From positions 6,944,001-7,008,000 of the forward strand of contig NC_086108.1 in assembly GCF_963921235.1 (NCBI RefSeq): a DNA stretch of 64,000 nt, read 5' to 3'. Source of the stretch: Mobula hypostoma (Eukaryota). Under the pieces are notes generated by a model. That model saw nothing but the letters and a program-made list of their open reading frames with translations, was not told where the DNA came from and did not search any database. The first letter of the stretch is position 1. The number at the start of each line of letters is the position of its first letter. Below are positions 49,291 to 61,099 of the stretch, one piece after another. The position numbers and the translations under genes are program-made.

Positions 49291-49624
49291 TATATTTGTT
49301 TTTTTTGAAATGAGATTTTAAGGGTGTGAACTGAACTGGGTGGGTTTAAGTTTGAGATACTGCCCAGTGCGTGACATTATTGTGACTGCAAATACGTATT
49401 GTATCTGAATGGCGGTCTACCACATCCTTCCCTATGATGTGGGTAACAAACTGCCTCGATGTAGTTCCATTGAAGATATTAGTGAAGTGTTTTGATTGTG
49501 TTTGAGCACCTTAACACAAAAATGTTAAAAGAGATGCTGAGAAGGGAGGCTGTTTGGCTTCTTGATCCATTGCTGACTTTCTGAAAGAGCAATTCAGTGA
49601 GTTCCATGTGCATGTATTTCTTTG

Positions 49625-50259
49625 GTTCAATGGTTCAATCTAATATCAGAGAATGTATACAACCTGAAATTACTTTTCATTGACATCCACGTAACAGAAA
49701 AAAGCCCGAAGAATGAATGACAGAAAACATCAGAACCCCAAAGCCGCTCCTCCCCCCCACACATAAGCAGCAGCAAATGCATCGACCTCCCCCCGCCCCC
49801 CCACCATGCAAGCAATAGCAAAGCCCCCAAAGAAATCTTGACCTAGAGTCCAATGAAAACTATTGCCCAACCCAACACTTTGGTATCTCAAACAGCCTCT
49901 CTCTCACTAGTGAGGGAGAGAGAGATTGCTCCTGCAACAACGACGAGAGTGGGAGACCAGAAGCTCGCTGGTTCAGTATCATAATTGTCTGCTTTGCTTC
50001 TGTAAGTTCCCCCAACTCAAGGATCGACAGGCTTTTACTCACCATCATAGAGAGAGAGGATCGCTCGAGTGCAAGGGCCTTCTGCTAACAGTAGCGTACA
50101 CCACCTGCTGTCTCGATGTTTCAGTCTCCTATGAAGCTTCAGTCGGTGATATCGGCGACGAACCAGGTCACCCATGGGGCCCCACGCCGGTGGTGCACGT
50201 CTTTCACACTGCACCTGGAGATAACAAAACACCCAGCCGGTCGTTTGAGATGCAGCTGT
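49625..50259 (-). mobile_element. Non-coding element sharing its tail with 34358-35180
   Basis: Shared (TTGAACC)n-type tail and 3' ~200 bp. Confidence 0.6.
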
Positions 50260-50648
50260 AGATTCATTTTCTGCATTCCCGTTTAGACTTCTTCCCTGCA
50301 AATGTTGGTGCTGTCAGTGACGAGCATGGTGAAAGGTTTCACCAGGACATTGCAGTCATGGAGAAACTGTATCAGGGCAACTGGAATCCATTGGACACTT
50401 AAGCAAAATGCTTCAGACGCTGAGTACAAATGAAGATCATTACAAAATATCTTAGTTGAATTATTGTAAAGCATCAGCACTGTTATGCAATGTGATGCAT
50501 TATATTCAATAAAAGTTAATTTCTTCTCCAAATTCCTGTGTGATACAAGTAGACTGAAATTGTATTTGTATTCAGCTTCAAGCAGTCTATCATAAACAAA
50601 AAAAATTTCTGAGGAAGCAACACTTTTGTCAAAGTTTGTTGTCCAGTG
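50260..50648 (+). mobile_element. Chapaev3-like transposon 3' fragment
   Basis: IHFLHSRLDFFPANVGAVSDEHGERFHQDI. The right end TTTGTTGTCCAGTG gives a TIR of CACTGGACAACAAA. Confidence 0.75.
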
Positions 50649-52234
50649 TAATTGCTGCCACTGTGATTGAGGAAGGTAGCTCACTATCAAGTTGATGAAG
50701 AAAGGGCAAAAGATGTTGACCTTGTTGAAGCTGCATCCCAAACAATGAACCTTTGAAAGTTGATATTAATTCTGCTTCCTCTGTTTCTTTACACAGTGCA
50801 TTCCAGTTGACAGAAACTTGCTGTGGAAAATGTTTCCACGTGCCACCACCTGCTTTTCTGCCATGCATCGTCAGTAGATGTTCTCTTCATAGCGAGCCAC
50901 TGCTGGCTTTGGTTGACCCATTCCATGAGCCTTTTCACAGCCTGTCAGGCCTTCAACTGTTCCCTTTATAAAATTATCTCTTAAAGGCGGAATGTAGAAA
51001 TCTACTTGTGTATTTGGACAGATCTTCTTAAAACAGCAATTTGCTCAAAAGAGTAAAGTTTTGTTCGGTTGTAAACTTGTAAAATGTTCCATTCCAGTTT
51101 ATGACTTTGGTAAAGCAATGTTGTTACCTGGGAGTAAAGGTGTTCAAAGTAAATTTTATTAAAGTACATGTATGTCACCACATAGAACCCTGAAATTCTT
51201 TTTCCTGTGGGCATACTCAGCAAATCTATGGAATAGTAACTACAGGATCAATGGAAGATCAACCAGACTGCAGAAGTCGACAAACTGCAGGAGACAACAG
51301 ATAACGAGAACATGAAGTAACAAGATAAAGAGTCCTTAAAGTGAGATCATTGGCTGGGGAACATATCAATGAATGGGCAAATGAGTGTAGTTATCCTCTT
51401 TTGATCAAGAGCCTGATGGTTGAGGGGTAGTAACTTCCTGAACCTGGTGGTGAGAGTCCTGAGGCTCTTATACCTCCTCCTTGATGGTAGCAGCGAGAAA
51501 AGAGCAGGTACAAGAGCCTCAGGCGAGTATTCAGCCCATCTAGCCTATTTTGCTCATTTAGATCACAGTTGATCTATTTCCTGTGTCCCGTTTCAATTAG
51601 TATTAGTTTTAAGTAGATTTAATCACTGCTTGTACCCTTCTGAATTATAGCAGTTTTAAAAAAATATTCAAGATCGTCAAAGTATATTGATTAATTAGAA
51701 AATTATTCCTTTAGGCTTTTAAGAGGTGAGTGGTTTAAGCACTAAACTTTCCTTGGAGAAAGGAATCTCATCAATCATCTTGTTTCCAACTGGGGCTGGC
51801 TTAAAAGAACAGATTTCGCTCGTCACTTGGAATGTCAGTAGATTAAGTTCTTAAACGTTTCCTCTGCTCCAAGTTCTAAATAGATTGTGTATTTCTTGCA
51901 GATAAATAATCATTTATTTAATTTATGTGGGGGAAAAAGGTATTTCAACCTTCAGGAATTTTGTGTCCGCTCTCCTTGCTTCCTTGCTGTAGGTGTATGT
52001 GTTCAACATTTTTAGACTTGTTTTTTTTAAAACCTAATTTCCTCAATGTGATACAAGAAATCCACCATTTGTGCATACTTATTCTGTGACTCTGCATAGG
52101 ACTATACGTGCCATGGTATTTTTATCCATAGCTATACACTGAAATGGACAATCTTCCCTACTGCTCACTATGAATCAGAATCAGGTTCATTATCACTGAC
52201 GTATGTTGTGAAATTTGGGGGCCACTTTTTGACG

Positions 52235-52780
52235 ATTTTATTGCCATCTGCTAAAAGCAGGACTTCCCATTGGCCAAACATTTTAATTCCCATTCTCATT
52301 CCTGTTCTGACGTGAGAACCTTTGGCCTCCTCTTGTGCCAAGATGAGGCCACCCTCAGGGTGGAGGAGCAACACCTTGTATTCCATCTGGGTAGCCTCCA
52401 ACCAGACGACACAAATATAGATTTCTTTGAGTAAACAAATTCCCTCCCCCCCCTCACCTTCCTCTGTTCCCCACTCTTAACCTTTTACCTCTTCTCACCT
52501 GCACATTACTTACCCCTGGGACCCCTCCTCCTAGAGTCCTCTCCTATCAGATTCCTTTTCCTCCAGCCCTTGACCGGTCCCACCCACCTTGCTTCACCTG
52601 TCACCTTCCAGCTAGCGTCCTTTCCCTCGCCAACCTTTTCATCCCCTTTCCAGCCCTGAAGAAGGGTCTCCGCCCGAAATGTTGACTATATGTCCATTTC
52701 CATAGAAGCTATGGAGTTTTTCCAGCATTTTGTGTGTGTTGCTCTGGATTTCCAGCTTCTGCAGACTTTCTTGTATTTAT
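52235..52780 (+). mobile_element. PLE family 1 3' fragment with degenerate hammerhead (52651-52687)
   Basis: EATLRVEEQHLVFHLGSLQ plus pLTR. Confidence 0.8.
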
Positions 52781-54579
52781 GTCGTGAATTTTGTGGTTTT
52801 GCAGAGTAATACAATGCAACATTTTTAAAAATGATTATAAGTTACAAAATATATTAAAAATTAGTGCAAAAAGAGAATAATAGTGAGGCAGTGTTCATGG
52901 ACTCTTATTCCCTTTGCCCTCATCTAGTTATCCAAGTCATTCACCTCAGCAACCCATCTCTCATCTTGTGTTGCTGTTGCTGGTTGCATAGTTATTGTTG
53001 TTCTGCTGAACACTGTGTTCATGTCCGAACTTACGGGCTGCCCCCAGCACATCATTCAGTGTGTGTTGGTTGTTAACGCAAATGACTCACTTCACTATAT
53101 TGGAAACCACTATATTTAATAATACTTTTTATAAGATTTGTACTTTTTAATAAACTCATATATTTTTCACAGTATGTGATGGTTCATCCCCACTCAATGG
53201 CAGAAAGTGGTATAGCAGCTAAACTGACGGTTTATCACCTTTCTCATTTTTCATTGGCTAAGTATTAGCCCATTACCCATGTGATGTAATTGTTTTAATT
53301 ATGTAGCCTATTAGCTAGTTTATTCCTAACTAAGGAATTTCTTATCTTACGATGGATTTTTCCATCATAATGCAAATTAGTGATGGATTTTTCAGAGGCG
53401 CCATCTTTGGTCTTTGCATTCTAAGCATTGTTTCACAGCTTTTTATTTAGTTTGCTTTGTATTTGTATGTCTGTTTCTACTCTAAAATAAAATTATCATT
53501 AGAATTAAGACTGCTCGCCCTGTTGGCTCCCAGAAGACCCTAATGATCAGGAAGTAAACAGAGATACGACGACTATAAATTTTGATGTACATGTGATAAA
53601 TACATCTAAATCTTAGCAACTTTCTTATCTACTCAGTCTGTACATTCATTCACAGTGGTGTCTAAGATTTTAGGATGGGGTTCAGTTGATCAAAAGTCTG
53701 CTTGTGTCTGCCCGTTCCTGGGTCAGAAACTGGCTCTGTGGCATGTGAAGGGTTTTCTAGATCTTGTGACATTTTCAGCTTATTTGCACTGGGAACTTGC
53801 TGACAAACAGTTTGATTGTAATTAATGAGTGGAAACTTTTTTTTACACACTGGGCAAATCTTGGAAGAGGCTGTAAACGGCAAGTATGTCCACATCCTTA
53901 GATGAAAGGTTGATTGGAAATGGCTATATGCAGCATTTTGTCAAGAGGCTTGGAGACAGCTCACCTGCCTGATTACATTGCAATAGCCTGTCTTCGTTGG
54001 GTGTCGGTTTGCAGAGAGGATTTTTTCCAACATTCACATTGACAAAAGCTAAATACAAGGCTGTAGTTTGGAGATTTGGGTTTAACTAAAATTAACTTGA
54101 GTTCTTAAATCACGAAGGATTTCTAATAGATTCTCAAATGTCACCATTTAGAGCTGAATTTTAGGGTCATGGGTAAGATACATTAAAAAAAACATGGTGC
54201 ATCTTCTCTTCCTTGATTGTATTACAGAAAAGCAAGAACAAGAGACCCTTTGCCCCTTGAGTATTCATTGGCTAACCTACCACCTCTGTGTTGTGTATTT
54301 AATATTTCAGTAATATTTGAGTAATCCTGTATCAATATTTGATTAGACATTCTTGTTCTTTTAAATAATTCATTATGGGTTATATGTATAAATATTTGAA
54401 CTGCACATATCATCATGCTACCGCACAATGGCATGTGCAATTCACATCATCGCTTCCTCACTAGCCTCCGTAGTATCCAGGACATCTTCAAGGACCAATA
54501 CCTCAAAAGTGGCATCAATTATTAAGAATCCCAATCACCCAGGTTATGCTGTCTTCTTATTGCTACCAGGAAGGAGGTA

Positions 54580-54831
54580 TATTTTCTTTTCTTGCTGGCG
54601 GTTTGATGTTTATTTTTAGAAGCTTTTTGTATGACACATGGCTCCGGGGTTGTACACCTAATGGGTTCTTTTTTTTCTCACTTTTTCTGCTTAGTAGGTT
54701 TTTTTTGTTATCACAAATTTTTTTTCAATCTTTAAGATAATGTCTTTTTCGAGACATTGTAAGTGTTGTTACTTCAATGTACGTGTGTTATTTCTTTTGT
54801 ATAACATAACAATAAAAAGATTTGAAAAGGA
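54580..54831 (+). mobile_element. T-rich retroposed 3' end (L1/Tx1-like) with 12-bp TSD
   Basis: AGGAAGGAGGTA at 54568-54579 and 54832-54843. AATAAA and a purine-rich tail end the insert. Confidence 0.65.
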
Positions 54832-56129
54832 AGGAAGGAGGTACAGAAACCTGAAGGCGCACACGATGATTCAGGAACAGTTTCTTCCTCTCTGCCATCA
54901 ATTTCTGAATGGACATTGAATCCAGGAACACTATCTCACTACTTTTTTTTCCTCTCTTTTTGCACTAATTATTTAATTTAACTAACGAAGGGTCCCGGCT
55001 TAAAACGTCGACTGTACCTCTTCCTACAGATGCTGCCTGGCCTGCTGCGTTCACCAGCATTTTTTGTGTGTGTTGCATATATATGTAATTCACAGTTTTT
55101 TCTCTCTATTATGTATTGCATTGTAATAAATTTCACAAAATATGCCAGTAATATTAAACCTGTTTCTGATAAGTGTGTATCTTAAAGTAAACACGAAGTT
55201 AGACCCGCATTCCGGGAGTCCCGTGTCTGCCTTTGAATTAGTTTAATGTTTTGAAGTGATAAAACATAACCTCTATCATTTGGGAATGGCACCTCCAAGT
55301 CACACACCATCTCGAGTTTAAAATATTGTCATTCCCTCATTGCCATTGGGTGTAAATCCTGAAATTCCTCTGTTCCTCACACTACGAGTGTCTTCCATCG
55401 CGTGGCTGCAGCTGATTAGTAAGTGACATCCAACACCACTGCCAAGGCAAAAAGAGAGTGCAATTGCTGCCAACAATGCCCATATCACAAGGAGAAAATT
55501 TAAAAGAGGAATTGTCAGATTGAGTCATATCTTGATTTCATTTACCCCTGCCCCACTGTGGTGAACATTTTGCTATATTTAAGTAGCAAGAATTGTTTCC
55601 TTTCTGTGTTGACCATGTCTGTTCAGGGAGAGAGATTCCTAGTTTCCACTACTGCTTATGAAGAATACCATCATCAGGGACCCCCGCCATTCACGGCATG
55701 CTCTCTTCTCGCTGCTGCCATCAGGAACCACACCACCAGGTTCAGGAACAGTTACTACCCCTCAACTATCAGGCTCTTGAACCAAAGAGGATAATTTCAC
55801 TCATCACAACACTGAACTGTTCCCACAGCTTATGGACTCACTTTCAAGGACTCTTCATCTCATGTTCTCAATATCTATTGCTTATTATTATTATTGTTTT
55901 TTCATTTTGTATTTGCACAGTTGGCTGTCTTTTGCACATTGGTGGTTTGTCCATCCTGTTGTGTGCATTCATTTATTGATTCTATTGTCTTTCTTGTATT
56001 TACTGTGAATGCCCGCAGGAAAATGAATCTCGGGGTTGTGTGTGTGTATATATATATAAAAATTTACATTGAATTTTGAATTGCCATTGCAGTAAGCAAC
56101 TTTGAACTATGAAATTGGAAACATACACC

Positions 56130-56390
56130 TTAGGTCCCCTCCTATCCACCACTCTTCAATCAGATTTCTTCCTCTCCAGCCCTTTATCTTTCCTACCCAC
56201 CTGGATTCACCTATCACCTTTGAGCTATCCTTCTTCCCCTGCCTGCACCTCTTTTTTAATTCTGGCATCTTCCTTCTTCCTTTACAGTCCTGCAGAAAGG
56301 TCTCAGCCTGAAATGTTGACTGTTCGTTTATTTCTATAGATGCTGCCCAACCTGCTGAGTTCCTCCAGCATTTTGTGTGTGTTGCTACAG
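56130..56390 (+). mobile_element. PLE family 1 pLTR fragment with degenerate hammerhead (56285-56322)
   Basis: Homologous to 48990-49250. Confidence 0.75.
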
Positions 56391-56789
56391 GTTTTATAGT
56401 TTTTTTGGTCGAGTAGTACAAGGTATTCAGATTCTAAGCCTTGAACTTACTATTTCAAAGCTGATTTGAGATCCAAAGCCTCCATTTTTGGCAAGCGTAG
56501 TGTTTCTTTAACTTGGCAGAAAGCAGTGGGTGGTTCCAGTTTTATTGCTTTGCGTGGAGTTCTCTCACTGTCAGTTGAAAATCTCATTTAATACAGTGGT
56601 TATCCACTTGGCAGGCTTCCTTATCAGATGACCTCGATATCACCAGGATACTTTGTTGTGAAAGGAGAAAAAATGTAACATTTAGGAGTTTGTGCACTCC
56701 CAGCACTGAGCAGAGCTTTATTCAGAACTTTCCTGGTTACGGGAGAACTTTTAAGATTATTTGTAATTTAAGTTAATTAGTTAAGTTAG

Positions 56790-57792
56790 ACAACCTCTCC
56801 TCCTCCACTCTTAGCCTGAACACTGGCGTGCCTCAAGGCTGTGTGCTGAGCCCTCTTCTGTACTCCCTTTTCACCTATGACTGTGTTCCTGTACCTGGTT
56901 CTAACTCCATAATCAAGTTCGCAGACGACACCACGGTGGTTGGTCTGATCAGAGGGGATGACGAGACGGCCTACAGGGACGAGATCCAGCACCTGGCTGC
57001 GTGGTGTGCCGACAACAATCTGGCCCTTAACACCCAGAAGACCAAGGAGATCATTGTGGACTTTAGGCATGCCAGGAGTCACACTCACGTCCCCATCTAC
57101 ATCAACGGAACTGTAGTGAGCGTGTATCAAGCTTCAAATTCCTTGGTGTCCACATTTCCGAGGATCTCACCTGGTCCCTGAACTCCTCCATCCTGATCAA
57201 AAAGGTGCAATAGCGTCTTTATTTCCTGCGGAGCATGAAGAAAGCTCACCTCTGTCCCGGGATACTGACGGACTTTTACCGCTGTACCATTGAGAGCATC
57301 CTCACCAACTGCAACTCAGTGTGGTATGGCAATTGTCCCATATCGGACTGCAAAGCACTCCAGCATGTGGTGAAAACTGCCCAGCGGATTATCGGCACCC
57401 AATTGCCCAGCATTGAGAACATCTACAATAAAGGCTGCCTGGGCAGGGCGAAAAGCATTATCAGGGATGCATCTCACCCTAACCATGGACTTTTTACTCT
57501 CCTCCCATCCGGTAGGCGCTACAGGAGCCTCCGCTCCCGCACCAGCAGGCACAGGAAGAGCTTCTTCCCTGAGGCTGTGACCCTGAACCTCACATCACAG
57601 CGCTAAGCAGTATTGCACCCATATTGTATGTCTCAGTACTTTTATATTTGTGCGCTGTAGCACTTTTTTTAAATTCGCAGTTATTTTGTAAATAACACTA
57701 TTCTTTGCATTTCTGGTCAGATGCTAAATGCATTTCATTGGCTTCGTATCTGTACTCAGAACAATGACAATAAAGTTGAATCTAATCTAATT
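56790..57792 (+). mobile_element. Rex1/Babar-like LINE RT fragment
   Basis: GVPQGCVLSPLLYSLFTYDC, IIKFADDTTVVGLI, DFYRCTIESILT and a (AATCT)n tail. Confidence 0.92.
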
Positions 57793-57839
57793 TATTTAAA
57801 GGATATTTATTGTCAAAGTACATATATGCCACCATGTTA

Positions 57840-58100
57840 TTGAGATACAACGTGGAATAGGCCCTTCCGGCCCCTAGAGCTATGCCACCCGGCAATCACC
57901 CAATTTAACCCTAGCCTAATCACGGGACAATCTACAATGACCAACCGATACGTCTTTGGACTGTGGGAGGAAACTGGAGCACCCAGAGGAAACTCACACA
58001 GTCATGGGAAGAACGTACAAACTCCTTACAGGCAACGGCGGGATTTGAACCCTGGTTACCTGTACTGTAAAATGATGTGCTAACCACTATGCTACTGGGC
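57840..58100 (-). mobile_element. V-SINE (HE1-like)
   Basis: Homologous to 1985-2220. Confidence 0.75.
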
Positions 58101-58178
58101 CACCCCATATTTTACCCTGAGCTTCATTTTCTTGCAGGCATTCACAGTAGAACAAAGAAATACAATAGAATCAGCAAA

Positions 58179-59690
58179 CAGATTGATAAAGGTAGAGCAG
58201 TGGTTGTAGTGTTAATGGATTTCAGTAAGGCATTTGATAAGGTTCACTATGTGAGGCTCATTCAGAAAATAATGAAGTTTGGGGGGATCCAAGGAGACCC
58301 TGCTTTGTGGATCCAGAATTGGCTTGCCCACAGAAGGCAAAGGATGACTGTAATTGGTTCGTATTCTGCATGGAGGATAATGACCAGTGATATTCCGTAG
58401 GGATCAATTCTGATTTTTATACATGACCTGGATGAGGAAGTAGAAGCGTGGGTTAGAAAGTTTGCTGATGACACAGAAGTTGGGAGTGTTGTGGATAGTC
58501 TGGAGGGTTGTCAGACATTACAGCGGGAAATGGATAGGATGCAGAACTGGGCTGGGAAGTGGCAGATGGAGTTCAACCCAGATAAGTGTGAAGTAGTTCA
58601 TTTCAGTAGGTCAAATTTGAAGGCGGAATATAATATTAATGGTAAGACTGTTGGCAGTGTGGAGGATCAGCAAGATCTTGGAGTCTCTGTCCGTAGGACA
58701 CTCAAAGCTGCTGCACAGGTTGACAGTGTTGTTGAATTGAATTGACCTTATTTTTTACATCCTTCATATACATGAGGAATAAAAATCTTTACATTACGTC
58801 TCCGTCTAAATGTGCAATCATAGTAATTTATAATAAATAGAACAGTCAATGTAACATAGAAATACACTCAAATCAGCGTGATGGTCTGGTGGAAGAAGCG
58901 GTCCCAAAGTCCCGGCTTTTATGCTATGGTACCGTTTCCTGGTGGTAACAGTTGGAATAGATTGTGGTTGGGGTGACCTTTGGGCCCTTTTTTCACGCCT
59001 GTCTTTGTAAATGCCCTGAATCATGGGAAGTTCGTAACTACTGATGCGCTGGGCTGTCCGCAGTTGTATGGTGTGTTGGCCTTCATCAACTGTGGGACTG
59101 AGTTCAAGAGCCATGAGGTAATGTTACAGCCATATAAGACCTTAGTTAGACCCCATTTGGAGTATTGTGTTCAGTTCTGGTCACCTCACTAGAGGAAGGA
59201 TGTGGATACTAGAGAGAGAGTGCAGAGGAGATTCACAAGGATGTTGCCTGGATTGGAGAGCATGCCTTATGAGAATAGGTTGAGTGAAATTGGCCTTTTC
59301 TCTTCCAACGACAGAGGATGAGGTGACCTGATAGAGGTGTAAAAGATGATGAGAGGCATTGATCGTGTGGGTAGTCAGTGTCTTTCTCCCAGGGCTGAAA
59401 TGGCTTACACGAGGGGGCGTAGTTTTAAGGTGCTTGGAAGTAGGTACAAGGAGTATGTCAGAGTTAAGTTTTTCATGCAGAGATTGGTGGGTGCGTGGAA
59501 TGCACTGGCAGCAGCAGTGATAGAGGCAGATACAACAGGGTGTTTTAAGAGACTCTTAGATAGGTACATGGAGCTTAGAAAAATAGAGGGCTATGTGGTG
59601 GGGAAATTCCAGGCAGTTTCTAGAATAGGTTACATGGTTGGCACAACATTGTGGGCCGAAGGGCCTGTAATGTGCTGTAGGTTTCTATGA
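58179..59690 (+). mobile_element. CR1 LINE RT/3' fragment with a nested Rex1-like insert (about 58733-59065, minus)
   Basis: MDFSKAFDKV, KFADDT, WQMEFNPDKCEVVHF and LVRPHLEYCVQFWSP, plus a TTTCTATG tail. Confidence 0.9.
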
Positions 59691-60224
59691 TAACTACACA
59701 CAAACAAAGACTGACAAACCAACAATGTGCAAAAGAAGACAAACTGTGGAAATACAAAAATAAATGTATGTAATACTGAGGACATGCGTTGTAGAGTCCT
59801 TGAAAGTGAGTCTTTGAAGGACTTGCGGAATCACATTCTGTTCCTGACACTGTAACTTCTTATTCTTGTGTTCTCTGTAACAATTCGTCTCAGCCTGTCA
59901 CCACTCCTGCTTTTCTATTTGTCTCATTCCTTGATAGTTCCCCTTACTCGCCATTGGCACTGTGCCATCAGTTGCCATGAATTCCATTATCCAGGACCTC
60001 CTGAGCGAACTTTTCACCTTCTACTTCCTCTTGAAAGCCGTCATTATAACTGTCAAGTTCCAAAGCTTTAGTCCGTTCTCCTGTGCCCCTTGTGGTTCTT
60101 TGCAGTACCTCAGATTTTATCTGTGAAAACCAGAAGTTTTCCTCAGGAAAGCATTTTAATTCCCATTCATGACTGGGATTAGCATGATCCATTTAAATGA
60201 ACAGCCAAGGATCAAATGTGGAAG

Positions 60225-61055
60225 AAGATGGCACCAGCAAACAACACGACCAAAGGTGGTATCCTTCAGACCATTCACAAGACTATTTTTACTGTTCCTT
60301 TCAAATATGAGTCTGTTACTATTGGAGCCTGGTGTGTTTTCGGGCCAATTAAGCGATCTGGTGCTTTGCTGCCTGCGAGGGAGTTCGGTGAAGTTTTGAG
60401 TGGAGTGTGCAGTCTGGAAGCCAAGAAGCCTGATGATGAGGTGAGAGTCCATGGTCAGCTCCGTTTCTTACCGATTAATGCGTTGAGCAAGATTGAAACC
60501 AATGAAGACAGGAGCGGAAGGCGAGCAGGTGTTCAGCACTGTCTGCCTGCATTTGACCGGTCGCGCGCTCGCTCACTCGCTGCCACCGGAGGAAGGTGCC
60601 TGCATCTGACTGGTCTCTCTCTCCGTCTCGTTCAATGCTGCCAGAGGATTATGTCAGAGTCTTGGGTCTCGGGCAAGGTTTAATCAAAGCAGTTTGTAGA
60701 TTGGACTCTGTAGTTCATGTTATAGTGTGTTTCTGGTTTCTGGTTACTCTTTTTTTATTGCTATTTTCTGCAATTTTGTTCAGGGCAGACTGACTCTGTG
60801 GCCTACAGTCAACAAAGGACACAGTGCAAAATTGAACTGAACAGTCCCAGACTGTTTTGATAACTCTGTGGTTTGATGTTTTATATTTTGTGATTTTTGC
60901 CATATCCATGATTTGTTTTTTTTTGTGCGTTGGGTGTTTGATGTTTTCTTTGAATGGAATTCGCAGTTTCTTTGTTTCGTGGCTGTCTGTGGGAAGATGA
61001 ATGCCAGGGCTGTATATTGCATACATAATTTAATATTAAATGTACTTTGAAATGA
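60225..61055 (+). mobile_element. Non-coding ~830 bp element with AAGATGGC start and Rex1/Babar-like tail (related tail about 38515-38700, minus)
   Basis: Starts AAGATGGCACC and ends GAAGATGAATGCCAGGGCTGTATA...TAAATGTACTTTGA. Confidence 0.6.
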
Positions 61056-61099
61056 GAAATACAGTAACAAAATCACTAAAAATTTCAGCAGATCCCAAC

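Noticed and set aside
53662..53895. 77-aa ORF with a CPVC motif
   Set aside because: A single CxxC with no second zinc-ligand pair and no clear exon signals; likely random.
59968..60192. Acidic 74-aa minus-strand ORF
   Set aside because: No recognisable domain or splice context, and the plus strand looks like a very old L2-type 3' remnant.
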